DNA from: an uncultured bacterium
GTDB taxonomy: Bacteria; Chloroflexota; UBA5177; JANWHV01
Direction of reading: 5' to 3'
NCBI GenBank assembly: GCA_963729625.1
Contig: CAVSOU010000016.1
Location: 1-64,000, forward strand
DNA: 64,000 nucleotides
Part shown: positions 46,675 to 55,632 of the stretch, piece after piece
Numbering within the stretch: the stretch's first letter is position 1
Layout of the letters: every line of letters starts with the position of its first letter
The notes under the pieces: generated by a model
Seen by the model: only the letters and a program-made list of their open reading frames with translations
What the model was told of the DNA's origin: nothing
Database searches by the model: none
Position numbers and translations under genes: made by a program

Positions 46675-47131
46675 GCCGGCCGGCGGCATCGAGGTCCTCG
46701 ACCAGGGCGGACAGGCTGGTGAAGAAGGCGGAGTAGCCGGCTTCCAGGGCTAGCCAGGCTAAGGATCCGGCCACGTGGGTTTTTCCGACCCCGGGAGGAC
46801 CGAGCAGGACAATACTGGTGGCCGTCTGGACGAAGGAGAGGCCGGCCAGTTCGCGCACCTGACGCTCGGAGAGCCCGGGCTGGAAGGAGAAGTCGAAGGC
46901 GTCCAGCGTCTTGCGGGCGGGCAGGTGGGCCGCTTGGCTGCGCCGCAGGAGCACGCGCTGACGACGCGCCTGGGCTTCGACGGCCAGGGCCCGGTAGAGG
47001 AAGGTCTCATACGAGACCTGCTGCTGGCGCGCTTCATCCAGGAGAGTCGGCAAGGCTTGGCCGAGATGGCGCAGTCCAAGTTGCACGAGCGGCGAGCTGC
47101 TCTCGGCGAGAAAGGCGTCCATCAGCGCCAC
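46675..47131 (-). pseudogene. istB: IS21 IstB ATPase, truncated after Walker A
   Basis: KTLDAFDFSFQP, LLGPPGVGKTH. Confidence 0.88.
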
Positions 47132-47670
47132 CCTTCCACGCCGTAGAGGGCATCATAGGCGGCAGTCGGCCGCTGGAGCACGGTCGGTGCCGGGAGCTGA
47201 TGCGCCAAGGGTTGCTGCTGACGGCGCAGCGATGTGGCCGGCAGGACGTCGCGGAACTGCTCAGGATGGGTAACGATCTCCCCCGAGCGGGCCTGCTTGG
47301 GGAGCTGGGCCAGCTGCTCGCCGTGCCGCCAGATGGAGAGGTGGGCGCCATGGTCACGCACCTGCACCGTGCTGCCTGCCGCGCTGGCCGCGGAGGGCAG
47401 ACCGTAGAGGACGCCGTCGAAGGAGAGATAGCCGTCCCAACTTACGCGGCGCTCCTCGGTCGCAAAGCGCTCCCAGGCGAAGGCCGCCGGCAACGGGCGC
47501 AGCTGCTCGGCGGCAAGCAGGTCACAGGGACGCTGTCGGGTGGTGCGGTGCACACGCCCATTGCGCCGATCACACCAGGCCAGGGCCTGCAGATTGAGGT
47601 CATCCAGGTCGCCAAAGTGCGCCCCGGGCCAGAGACTCCGTTTGACGACCCCAATCGTGCGCTCGATCTT
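47122..47670 (-). pseudogene. istA: IS21 element A istA C-terminal part
   Basis: KIERTIGVVK, LDDLN, RVHRTT, RRVSWDGYLSFDGVLY. Confidence 0.9.
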
Positions 47671-47676
47671 CCCCTT

Positions 47677-48011
47677 GGACAAAGCTAGGCAATGCACCGG
47701 ATGGCACTGGTGTGGCAGAAACCTTCAGCGTCACGCACCCATTCCACCCCTGGCATGGGCGCAGCTACGGCGTGCTGGCCCAGAAGTACCGCTGGGGTGA
47801 TCAGCGCGTGTACTTCCAGGATGAGCAGGACCGCCTGCGGTCGCTCCCGCTCGCCTGGACCAGTCTGGCCGCACCAGACCCATTCGTGGCCCGTGCCGCG
47901 GGTCGCGCGTTCTTCCGGCCTGCCGATCTGCTGGCGGTTGCCCTGCTTTGCCAGCGGCTAGACAGCGTCTTATGCACAGGGCGAGGCCACGATGAGCAGT
48001 CAAAGGTGTAA
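47677..48011 (+). CDS. DUF5372 (Y4bD/Y4pK-like) protein; 5' end predicted to be supplied by 51073-51088 on circularisation
   Basis: VTHPFHPWHG, WGDQRV, SLPLAWTS, DPF, AGRAFFR; frame is open back to the attL core. Confidence 0.75.
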
Positions 48012-48048
48012 GCTCAATTATGCCGCATGTGTAAAGGGAATTATGCCG
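48006..48048 (+). repeat. Tandem direct repeat inside the LSR element
   Basis: TGTAAGCTCAATTATGCCG and TGTAAAGGGAATTATGCCG. Confidence 0.75.
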
Positions 48049-48177
48049 TCCGGTGGCAGGGACCGTGAGACTTGCCCGCAGCCACTCTACCCGATCGTCG
48101 CTGCCTGTTCTCAGGAAACTTGCGAGAATGGTCCTCGCAATGGCCACGATGTGCTTGGCTCTCGGGGGCGATTCTGC

Positions 48178-48206
48178 TTGCACAACGGCACCATGATGGT
48201 CATAAT
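48178..48206 (+). promoter_or_regulatory. Sigma70-like promoter for the HTH-small ORF-LSR operon
   Basis: TTGCAC-N17-CATAAT. Confidence 0.6.
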
Positions 48207-48240
48207 GAGTTTGACATATCGGCCGTTGCAGGAGAGTCGC

Positions 48241-48756
48241 ATGCCTACCACCACCACTGCTGATGATGAGAAAGTCGCCGCTCTGCGCCTCGCTCACGCC
48301 CTGCATCATCAGGCTGCCCTGGTGACGGACCCGGCGTTTGGCGCAGGACAGTCGTTCTTTGATGCACGGGATCTGGTGCAAGTGAAGTACGAAATGTTGC
48401 GCCGGGTGCACGTCGACGGCCATAGCGTGAGCCAGGCGGCTCACGCCTTCGGGTTTTCCCGACCCTCATTCTATGCGGCACAGCGGGCCTGGCTGGCCGC
48501 CGGACTGGCTGGCCTGATCCCTCAGCGGCCTGGGCCACGCCGCGCGTCCAAGTTGGCACCCGCCTTGATGGCGTTTGTGGACGGCTGTTTGCACCGTGAG
48601 CCCACCTTGCGGGCACGCGATCTTGCCGCTCGACTCGCGGAGCAATTCGGCGTGCAGGTGCACCCCCGGAGCATTGAGCGGGCCTTGGTACGCCGGGGAA
48701 ACCCGTTGCTGGCGCGGCTGCCGCGCCAGTTCCGAGAGGAGGAGCTGAGTCCATGA
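48241..48756 (+). CDS. HTH (homeodomain-like/winged-helix) protein
   Basis: FFDARDLVQVKYEMLRRV, AAHAFGFSRPSFY, GLIPQRPGPR..KL, VHPRSIERAL. Confidence 0.85.
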   Translation: MPTTTTADDEKVAALRLAHALHHQAALVTDPAFGAGQSFFDARDLVQVKYEMLRRVHVDGHSVSQAAHAFGFSRPSFYAAQRAWLAAGLAGLIPQRPGPRRASKLAPALMAFVDGCLHREPTLRARDLAARLAEQFGVQVHPRSIERALVRRGNPLLARLPRQFREEELSP

Positions 48757-49007
48757 GCGCTGTCTATGAAACCTTGCGCGGTGCTGCCCAGCTGCAGCAG
48801 CTGCCCGTCGCCTTCGCCCGCGATTGGGAGCTGCTGCGGCGGCAGGGTATGACGGCCTGGTTGCAGGCGTCTCCGGCGCTCGCACCGCCGACCCAGCTCA
48901 CGTGGTCCCTGGCCAAGCCAGCCGGTGCGCCCGCGTGCGTGTTGCCTGCTCTGGCGCACCTGCTCAGCGCGATGATTCTCGCTCAGCGAGGGGAGCACGC
49001 CCCATGA
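48753..49007 (+). CDS. Small hypothetical protein (RDF candidate)
   Basis: YETLRGAA...LLRRQGMTAW; ATGA overlaps with both neighbours. Confidence 0.7.
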   Translation: MSAVYETLRGAAQLQQLPVAFARDWELLRRQGMTAWLQASPALAPPTQLTWSLAKPAGAPACVLPALAHLLSAMILAQRGEHAP

Positions 49008-51076
49008 TGGCTGCACAGGAGAAAGTCAGTGCCCAGCATCTTGCCCGTATGGCCTACCTGTATGTCCGCCAAAGCACGGTGCGCCAAGTGTTTGAGAACA
49101 CGGAAAGCACGGTGCGGCAGTATGCGCTGCGCGAGCGGGCCATCGCACTGGGGTGGCCTCCAGAGCGCATCGTCGTCGTAGACAGTGACTTGGGGCAGTC
49201 TGCAGCCTCGGCGGTCGACCGCGCCGGCTTCCAGACGCTTGTCGCCGAGGTCGGCTTGGGGCATGTCGGCATAGTCCTTGGTCTGGAAGTGTCGCGCCTG
49301 GCGCGCAACAACAGTGACTGGCATCACTTGCTGGAGATCTGCGCCTTGACCGAGACCTTGATCCTGGATGAGGACGGCATCTATGATCCCGGTCACTTCA
49401 ACGATCGCCTCTTGCTCGGCTTGAAAGGCACGATGAGTGAGGCCGAGCTCCATGTCTTGCACGCCCGGCTTCGTGGCGGCATTCTGAGCAAGGCCCGGCG
49501 AGGAGAATTGCCGATCCCGTTGCCGATTGGTTTTGTGCGCACCGAAAACGGTACGGTGGTGCTCGACCCTGACGCGCAGATCCAACACGCCGTCCGGCTG
49601 TTCTTCGCCACGTTCGCGCGCACCGGCTCCGCCTGGACGACGGTCAAGGTATTCCGAGAGCAGGGCTTGCTCTTCCCGCGTCGTCTGCACAGCGGCCCCC
49701 ATAAGGGTGAAGTGCTCTGGGCGCCGCTCTTGCATAGCACCTGCCTGCATCTCTTGCACAACCCACGCTATGCCGGGGCGTCCTTTTTTGGTCGCACCCG
49801 CCAGCACAAACTGGGAGACGGCCGGGTGCGCAGTCGCCTTCTGCCGCAGGACCACTGGCTGGCCCTGCATCAGAATGCGCATGCCGGCTACATCAGCTGG
49901 GCCGACTTTGAACAGAATCGGGCGCGTCTGCTCGAGAATGCCCAGGCGTGCGGCCAGGACCGGCGACACGGGCCGCCACGGGAGGGGCCGGCGCTGCTGC
50001 AGGGTCTCGTCCTGTGCGGCCGGTGCGGGGAGCGGATGACGGTGCGTTATCATCGGCACCACGCGCAGCTCATGCCAAGCTACCTCTGCCAGCGTGTCGG
50101 GATTGAGCACGGCGACCATCTCTGCCAGGTCGTGCCGGGGGCACGTCTGGACCAGTTGATCGGGGAGTTGTTGGTCGCTACGATGACCCCCGCCAGCGTG
50201 GAGGTCGCACTCGCCGTGCAAGCGGAAGTCGCGCAGGACGTGGAAAACACGGACCGCCTGCGCTTGCTGCAGGTAGAGCGCGCTCGCTACGACGCCGATC
50301 TCGCAGCCCGGCGCTTCCGCCAGGTGGATCCTGACAATCGCCTGGTCGCGGCCGTCCTGGAAGCGGAGTGGAACGAGCAATTGCGCCTGCTCACAGAGGC
50401 CCAGGCGACGTACGATCAGCAGTGCCAGGCCGATCGGCAACAGATCAGCGCGCACGACCGGGCGGCCCTCGTGGAGCTGACCGCGGACTTTGCCCGTCTC
50501 TGGCGTGACCCGCACACTCCCGACCGCGAGCGCAAACGCATCGCACGTCTTCTCCTCGCGGATGTGACCATCACCAAACAGGACGACCATATCCTGGCCC
50601 AAGTCCGCTTCGTCGGCGGCGCAACCCGCACACTGCAGGTTCCCTTGAGCCATGACTCCAGCCAGTTCCACACCACCGACCCGGCTATCGTGGCCCAGAT
50701 AGACGACCTGCTCGACCAGTACACGGATGCCGGTGTGGCGCAGGTGCTCAATGAACGTGGCCTCCAGACCTTCACGGGGCGCCCATTCACCGCCACCCGC
50801 ATCACCAGCCTGCGAAAGCGGTGCCACCTACGGGACCGCTACACCAGATTGCGCGCGGCAGGCTTGTTGACCCGCCGCGAGATGGCCGCGATTCTGGGCA
50901 TCTCGACTGCCACGGTGCCGGTCTGGCGAGACCAGGGTACGCTCCGCGCCTACACCTATAATGATCAGGGTGCCTGCCTCTATGAGCCGACCGGCAACTG
51001 CCCGCCGCAGAAATACATCACCCGCTACCGTACGCGAAGAATCCTACAGCAGCAGCATGTTGGAGGTGCAGTATGA
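49004..51076 (+). CDS. Large serine recombinase (resolvase, recombinase, zinc ribbon, coiled coil, HTH), 690 aa
   Basis: AYLYVRQST (catalytic Ser), DSDLGQS, EVSRLARN, LLQGLVLCGRCG, VDPDNRLVA. Confidence 0.95.
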   Translation: MMAAQEKVSAQHLARMAYLYVRQSTVRQVFENTESTVRQYALRERAIALGWPPERIVVVDSDLGQSAASAVDRAGFQTLVAEVGLGHVGIVLGLEVSRLARNNSDWHHLLEICALTETLILDEDGIYDPGHFNDRLLLGLKGTMSEAELHVLHARLRGGILSKARRGELPIPLPIGFVRTENGTVVLDPDAQIQHAVRLFFATFARTGSAWTTVKVFREQGLLFPRRLHSGPHKGEVLWAPLLHSTCLHLLHNPRYAGASFFGRTRQHKLGDGRVRSRLLPQDHWLALHQNAHAGYISWADFEQNRARLLENAQACGQDRRHGPPREGPALLQGLVLCGRCGERMTVRYHRHHAQLMPSYLCQRVGIEHGDHLCQVVPGARLDQLIGELLVATMTPASVEVALAVQAEVAQDVENTDRLRLLQVERARYDADLAARRFRQVDPDNRLVAAVLEAEWNEQLRLLTEAQATYDQQCQADRQQISAHDRAALVELTADFARLWRDPHTPDRERKRIARLLLADVTITKQDDHILAQVRFVGGATRTLQVPLSHDSSQFHTTDPAIVAQIDDLLDQYTDAGVAQVLNERGLQTFTGRPFTATRITSLRKRCHLRDRYTRLRAAGLLTRREMAAILGISTATVPVWRDQGTLRAYTYNDQGACLYEPTGNCPPQKYITRYRTRRILQQQHVGGAV

Positions 51077-51082
51077 GACCCA

Positions 51083-51766
51083 CCCCTTCGTCTGGGGGGT
51101 GTAGGGCTTACAGACGCGAATGCTCAGGCCCACGGAGGCGGCAAAGTCGGCAAAGCGGGCATTCCAGACTGGGATCTGGCCGTCCATGTCGACCAGCACG
51201 CTCTTCATGCGGTCCGTCAGCGCCACCTGCGGCAGACCGCCGAAGTACTCGCAGGCCCGCATCAGGCCGCGAATCAAGGTCGATGTATCACAGCGCTTGC
51301 TGAACTGCACAAAGCGCATGCGAGAATAACCCAGCACGGCCGAGAACCCGTAGAGCTTGTGTGTCGTCCCCTCTCGCTCGTAGACAAACTCGCCCCAATC
51401 GAACTGTAGTTGCTCCCCCGGTCCCGTCTCGTACCGCACCACCGGCTGGTGCCCGGCCGTCCCCAGTCGAAAGGGCTGCACAAAGTCCTTCAAAATGGTG
51501 ATGCTGCCCGTATACCCCTGCGCCTGCAGCCGCTCGCGCATCGTCTCACAGTTATAGAGATGATCCTCGCGCAGCCAGGCCATGATCTGCTCCTTATAGG
51601 GATCCAGCTTCGACCGCCGCCGCGGCCATGCTGCTGGGGACGGCGCACCACGCAGGTACTTGCGTACCGTGTTGCGCGAATGTTGGAGTTCCCTGGCACT
51701 CGCCCGGATCGGTTTCCCTTCCGTGGCCAGTCCCAGTATCTTGTTCACGGTCCCACTCCTTAGCAA
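51083..51766 (-). pseudogene. istA: IS21 element A istA N-terminal part
   Basis: SRNTVRKYL, SKLDPYK, RYETGPGEQLQFDWG, LGYSR, LTDRMK, CKPYTPQTKG. Confidence 0.92.
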
Positions 51767-51823
51767 GATTCCATCACCCTTCTCACCTGGTTCTTTGTGG
51801 AGATAAGGGTCATGGTTGGTTCA

Positions 51824-51877
51824 GGGGTGGGTCAACTCTTTCGGCGATCCAGGGTCAAGTCTACGCCGGCCCGGGCA
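51824..51877 (-). repeat. IS21 element A left end
   Basis: TGCCCGGGCCGGCGTAGACTTGACCC...GAGTTGACCCACCCC (TG start, repeated TTGACCC). Confidence 0.65.
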
Positions 51878-51929
51878 GGTGGCCGTTGCGGCGGCAGCAG
51901 GGGAAGCACTCGCTGCCACTGCGCCTCGC

Positions 51930-52560
51930 TCAGCACGGGATCCAGATCTGCTGCACCGGCAGCACGATCGGCGCCCTCACCGGTATGAGCACCGGACGAC
52001 GTGCGCGGCGCGCCACATGGCACCGTTTCGCGATAGCTTGGTGGCGCCGTCGCCAGTACGACCAGGCTAGCCGGAAGCCGAAGCGCTCGGGTGGCTCTGT
52101 CAGGGCGAGCAGCAGTCGACGCACCTCCGGCACGGTCAGGGGCAGCAAGCTCAGCACTCCTGAATCCCCTTTTTTCCACCGTCCATGTCCGGAGCGGCGG
52201 TGGCCTGGGTGCGCGTGACTTCCAGGTAGGCGTGGGCCAGCAATGCCAGGGTGATATGCCGGTACCAAGCCCCCCAGCGCCGCACCTCGTACTGGTCCAG
52301 ACCCACCAGGTCCTTGGCCCGCTCGAACCCTTCCTCGATGGCCCAGCACATCCCCGCCACGCGGACCAGGGCCGACAAGGGCGTCGCCTCCGGCCCGTAG
52401 GCGCGATAGTAGGCCAGTTCCGTCGGGTCGCGCAGGCTGCGCCGGGCCAGCACCCACTGCGCTCTGCCCGGTGTGGTCGGTGCCGGTAGAGCGCTCCAGG
52501 CCCACGCGTACAGCCGCGGGCCCTGGCTCCCCTCCCCGGTGTCAAGGCCGGCGGGGGTTT
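51930..52560 (-). pseudogene. IS701-family transposase C-terminal fragment with A AAA AAG slippery site
   Basis: [47 protein letters not shown]; tail LLPLTVPEVRRLL...WSYWRRRHQ in a second frame after GGAAAAAAGGGG (~52166-52177). Confidence 0.88.
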
Positions 52561-53010
52561 GGCTCTCCGGCATAGTTGGTGCACTGCTTGAGCCCGCTAT
52601 GTGGCTAGCATGACGCGTACGCGGAGGAGATCAAAGCCCGATCGCCCATATCCGCTTCTCTTGATTAACTTGAGTCTGTTCACCTGGCCTTCCACCTGCC
52701 CCTGGCTCTCTGTGTGGGTGAGGGCGGCTTCGACCGCCGTACGATCGCGCCAGATGCCGTGGGCGACGCTGATGAACTCGGCAATGCCGCTCAGCTGGAC
52801 GCCCTTCAACCATTGGTACAGCCCGGAAACGTCGCGCTCGCGAATGAGCGTCTGGAACTCTCGCGTCAGCGCCTGCGCCAACGCAATCTGGGGACAGCGG
52901 TGAAACAGCCTGGTCACATAGGCCTGCTCCTCAGCAGTGAACCTGTCCGGCTCCTTCAGGAGCAACCAACACGCGGCGCGCGGAGAGTACCCAGCGGTGG
53001 CCGCCATGCT
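52561..53010 (-). mobile_element. ISL3-family transposase C-terminus and right end
   Basis: [29 protein letters not shown]; end GGCTCTCCGGCATAGTTGGTG at 52561. Confidence 0.85.
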
Positions 53011-53484
53011 TGTACGAGATCTCCTGTGCGCGGTCTGGCGTGGCGCGCTGGAGGGATCGCGCCAGGTATGCACGAGTGGCCCGGTGGGCGAGTCGAGACG
53101 TCTAAGCGCGGCGCTCGCCGGACATGCTGGAGTGCACTACACCGAGATGCTGTTCCAGCATCTGCTCCGACGAGAGGGAAGCTGCCGATTGTTCGACTGG
53201 CGCGGGAGCTTGGCAAATTCTTCCTCGCGATGTACCCACTGTTCCGGCAGGCTGCAGACTCGTGATCGAACTGTGCCCGGCCCCAGGACGTGCAAGTGTG
53301 CAAGGCACCCCCCACCACGGCGAGCACACCTGACAGCGTGCGCTGACGGTCCGACCGATGAGCGCTGCCGCCGCCTGCGTGGTCGCAAGTCCGGCGCGGT
53401 GTGGCCCGTGTGCGCGCCCGATCGAGCAATGTAGCACTGCCGACACACTCTCCTTCTCTGCGGTCCCGTTCGGCGGCACGCAGA

Positions 53485-53955
53485 CTATGCCGATACCGAT
53501 TCCCCCGGCTCTGCCCCGCTTTCAGCAGGAAGGACCCCGAACACGACCTGTTCGTGGATCGTCAGGCCCAGCGCCTCGGCAACGGCCTGGATGCGCGCGA
53601 GGCTGACGCCGGCATAGCGTGTCGCTTCGTATCGCTGTACCTGCTGCTTCTTCAGGCCGAGGCGTACGGCCAGGTCCCGCTGTGACAGCTTTGCCGCCGT
53701 ACGCGCGCGTATGAGTGCCTCCGGCAGTTCGCCGAGCGACTGCAATTCAAGGACCGTAATCTCACCGCGGCGCAGCGACTCGTAGTCCGCGATGTCTTGG
53801 CGGAACTCCTCAAGCTGACTGTCGTATTGATCGCGCAGGGCCTGAGCGGCGCGCGGCTGCAGGCTGTTCGCGTGCGTATCGACGCCCGCGCGTGCCTGGG
53901 CAAAGCGCTCCAGCCAGCTCTTGGTGATGCGGTATTGCCGCTCATTGGTGATCAT
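53485..53955 (-). CDS. XRE-family HTH protein (antitoxin-like)
   Basis: MITNERQYRITK; LSQRDLAVRLGLKKQQVQRYEATRY. Confidence 0.85.
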   Translation of the reverse strand: MITNERQYRITKSWLERFAQARAGVDTHANSLQPRAAQALRDQYDSQLEEFRQDIADYESLRRGEITVLELQSLGELPEALIRARTAAKLSQRDLAVRLGLKKQQVQRYEATRYAGVSLARIQAVAEALGLTIHEQVVFGVLPAESGAEPGESVSA

Positions 53956-54404
53956 GGCAGGTCTCCTAGACTGAGGGCAACGATGCCCTTTGGCTCCCCG
54001 GAATCCCGATCGCGCTGAAAGAACTCGAGGTAAGGCGTGCCCCAGGGATCGGCGGCGGATTCGGCAATGAACAGCTCACCGCCGAACATCGCTTTCTGCG
54101 CTGCTCGGCGGTGACTCCAATCGAGCAAGGTCGGTTGGAGGGAGTCGAGGGCATCGAAGTCCAGCCCAGCCATTTCCCAGCAGGCGTCGAAGTCATTTGG
54201 TAGCTCCTTCGCCATGACAAAACTCCCGTCGAGGTAGACTCTCGCGCAGCCAACCTGGCGCAGGCTATCCAGCGCGGCCTTGAATCCCGCGAGCAACCGC
54301 AGGCGCCTCGCGTTGAACCCGTAGCGTACAAGGATCTCATGCCAGGTTGCCTCATGCATGCCAGGCGGGAGGCGTCCGGTATCAGCTGCACACGGGGGAA
54401 TCAC
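53952..54404 (-). CDS. DUF6932-like nucleotidyltransferase-fold protein
   Basis: GRLPPGMH, YLDGSFVMAKELPNDFD, KGIV. Confidence 0.8.
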   Translation of the reverse strand: MIPPCAADTGRLPPGMHEATWHEILVRYGFNARRLRLLAGFKAALDSLRQVGCARVYLDGSFVMAKELPNDFDACWEMAGLDFDALDSLQPTLLDWSHRRAAQKAMFGGELFIAESAADPWGTPYLEFFQRDRDSGEPKGIVALSLGDLP

Positions 54405-54439
54405 AAGACAATTCTAGCGTTGTCTTAAAGCAGTGTCAA
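54405..54439 (-). promoter_or_regulatory. Leaderless sigma70 promoter with operator
   Basis: Minus strand TTGACA-N17-TAGAAT, 6 nt before GTG; IR AAGACAA-N8-TTGTCTT. Confidence 0.75.
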
Positions 54440-54760
54440 TGACGGGCGTCAAGGGCGGTCACCGCGTGCGCCCTGTTGCCTGCACCCTCCCGATCGAGCC
54501 GACGGTGATGTTACAAGGCGCAGCGCACACACCTCGTTTGTGCGTTCCTTCCCGCCACCGACCGTTGCATGGAGGCTTAGCCGCGGGCTGATGGTGTCGC
54601 GGTCTGCGGTTGATCATGAGGGCTACGCCCGTATCGCTGTCCCGGCCGGGACAGCGACCGCCGTGGCGTGCTGGAGGGTTGGCACCACTGAGCAAGACGG
54701 TCTTGTCGTCCTATCTCGGCCACAGACGAAAGTAGCAACTATCACGCATACGCCGTTACT

Positions 54761-54792
54761 GAGATTCGTATAATCCACATTATCCGAATCTC
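54761..54792. other. dif/lox-like tyrosine recombinase site
   Basis: GAGATTCGTATAA-TCCACA-TTATCCGAATCTC, arms 12/13 complementary, 6-bp spacer. Confidence 0.6.
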
Positions 54793-54871
54793 GTTGGAAT
54801 GACATGGCGCAACCCCGCGAGTAGTATTCTATGACGCGGGATCTGAGGCACACCCAATAGGCGGGCTCACC

Positions 54872-54917
54872 TTGACACCTCCTGCGGCATATACTAAAAT
54901 CCGTATATGCCGCAGGA
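54872..54917 (+). promoter_or_regulatory. Leaderless sigma70 promoter with 15-bp IR operator
   Basis: TTGACA-N17-TAAAAT; TCCTGCGGCATATAC-N8-GTATATGCCGCAGGA spanning the -10 and ATG. Confidence 0.8.
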
Positions 54918-55272
54918 AGAGGAATGGGCGAGTGAGTTTTACGTTGAAGAGGACGGCACAGTCCCTGTTGAAGCATTCCTCAACCAACTCGATGTGAAGA
55001 CGCTCGCCCGCTTCCGCTGGTCCATGGAGCAGCTCCGCCTGCGCAATGTGCTTGCGCGCGAACCGCTTGTGCGCCATCTTGAGGATGACCTGTGGGAATT
55101 GCGCGAGGAGAGCAGTACCAACATCTATCGGATCATTTACTTCTTCTTCACCGGTCGCCGGATTGTCTCTCTGCATGGCTTTCAGAAGAAGACCCAGAAG
55201 ACTCCTGCTCGCGAGGTGGCGACGGCGCGCAAGCGCGCAATCGCCTTCCAGGCACGGGAGGGGGGAAGGTAA
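54907..55272 (+). CDS. RelE/ParE-family (HigB/Gp49-like) toxin
   Basis: PVEAFL, LWELR, YRIIYF, LHGFQKKTQKTP. Confidence 0.9.
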   Translation: MPQEEEWASEFYVEEDGTVPVEAFLNQLDVKTLARFRWSMEQLRLRNVLAREPLVRHLEDDLWELREESSTNIYRIIYFFFTGRRIVSLHGFQKKTQKTPAREVATARKRAIAFQAREGGR

Positions 55273-55278
55273 TCATCG

Positions 55279-55596
55279 ATGCCAGAACGACCAGCGGCTG
55301 AAGGACGGCAACGCTACGACGACTACTGGGCAACGAAGATGGCCGACCCCGAGTTTCGCGCTGTGTATGAGGAAGAGGCGGCCAAGAAGGACGTGTGGCT
55401 GCAACTCGTGGAAGCGCGCCAGGCGGCAGGGTTAACACAGGCCGAGCTGGCCAAGCGGCTTGGCGTCTCCCAGGCCCAGGTGGCCCGCATCGAAAAGCGC
55501 GGGTACGACGCGTATACGCTGAGCACCCTTCGTCGCTATGTCCAGGCCCTTGGCGCGGACTTTACCTTGCAGGTTGCGGTGCGGCGAGCCGGTTAG
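55279..55596 (+). CDS. XRE-HTH antitoxin (HigA-like)
   Basis: DPEFRAVYE, GLTQAELAKRLGVSQAQVARIE, TLRRYVQALG. Confidence 0.9.
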   Translation: MPERPAAEGRQRYDDYWATKMADPEFRAVYEEEAAKKDVWLQLVEARQAAGLTQAELAKRLGVSQAQVARIEKRGYDAYTLSTLRRYVQALGADFTLQVAVRRAG

Positions 55597-55632
55597 AGCG
55601 CATTGACATTCCACACGACAACGCTGCCGTGT

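Larger units (their letters stand above)
47671..51088 (+). mobile_element. Large-serine-recombinase integrative element inserted in istA
   Basis: CCCCTT at 47671-47676 and 51083-51088; deleting one copy plus the interior restores istA YTPQTKGKIERT in frame (~410 aa). Confidence 0.92.
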
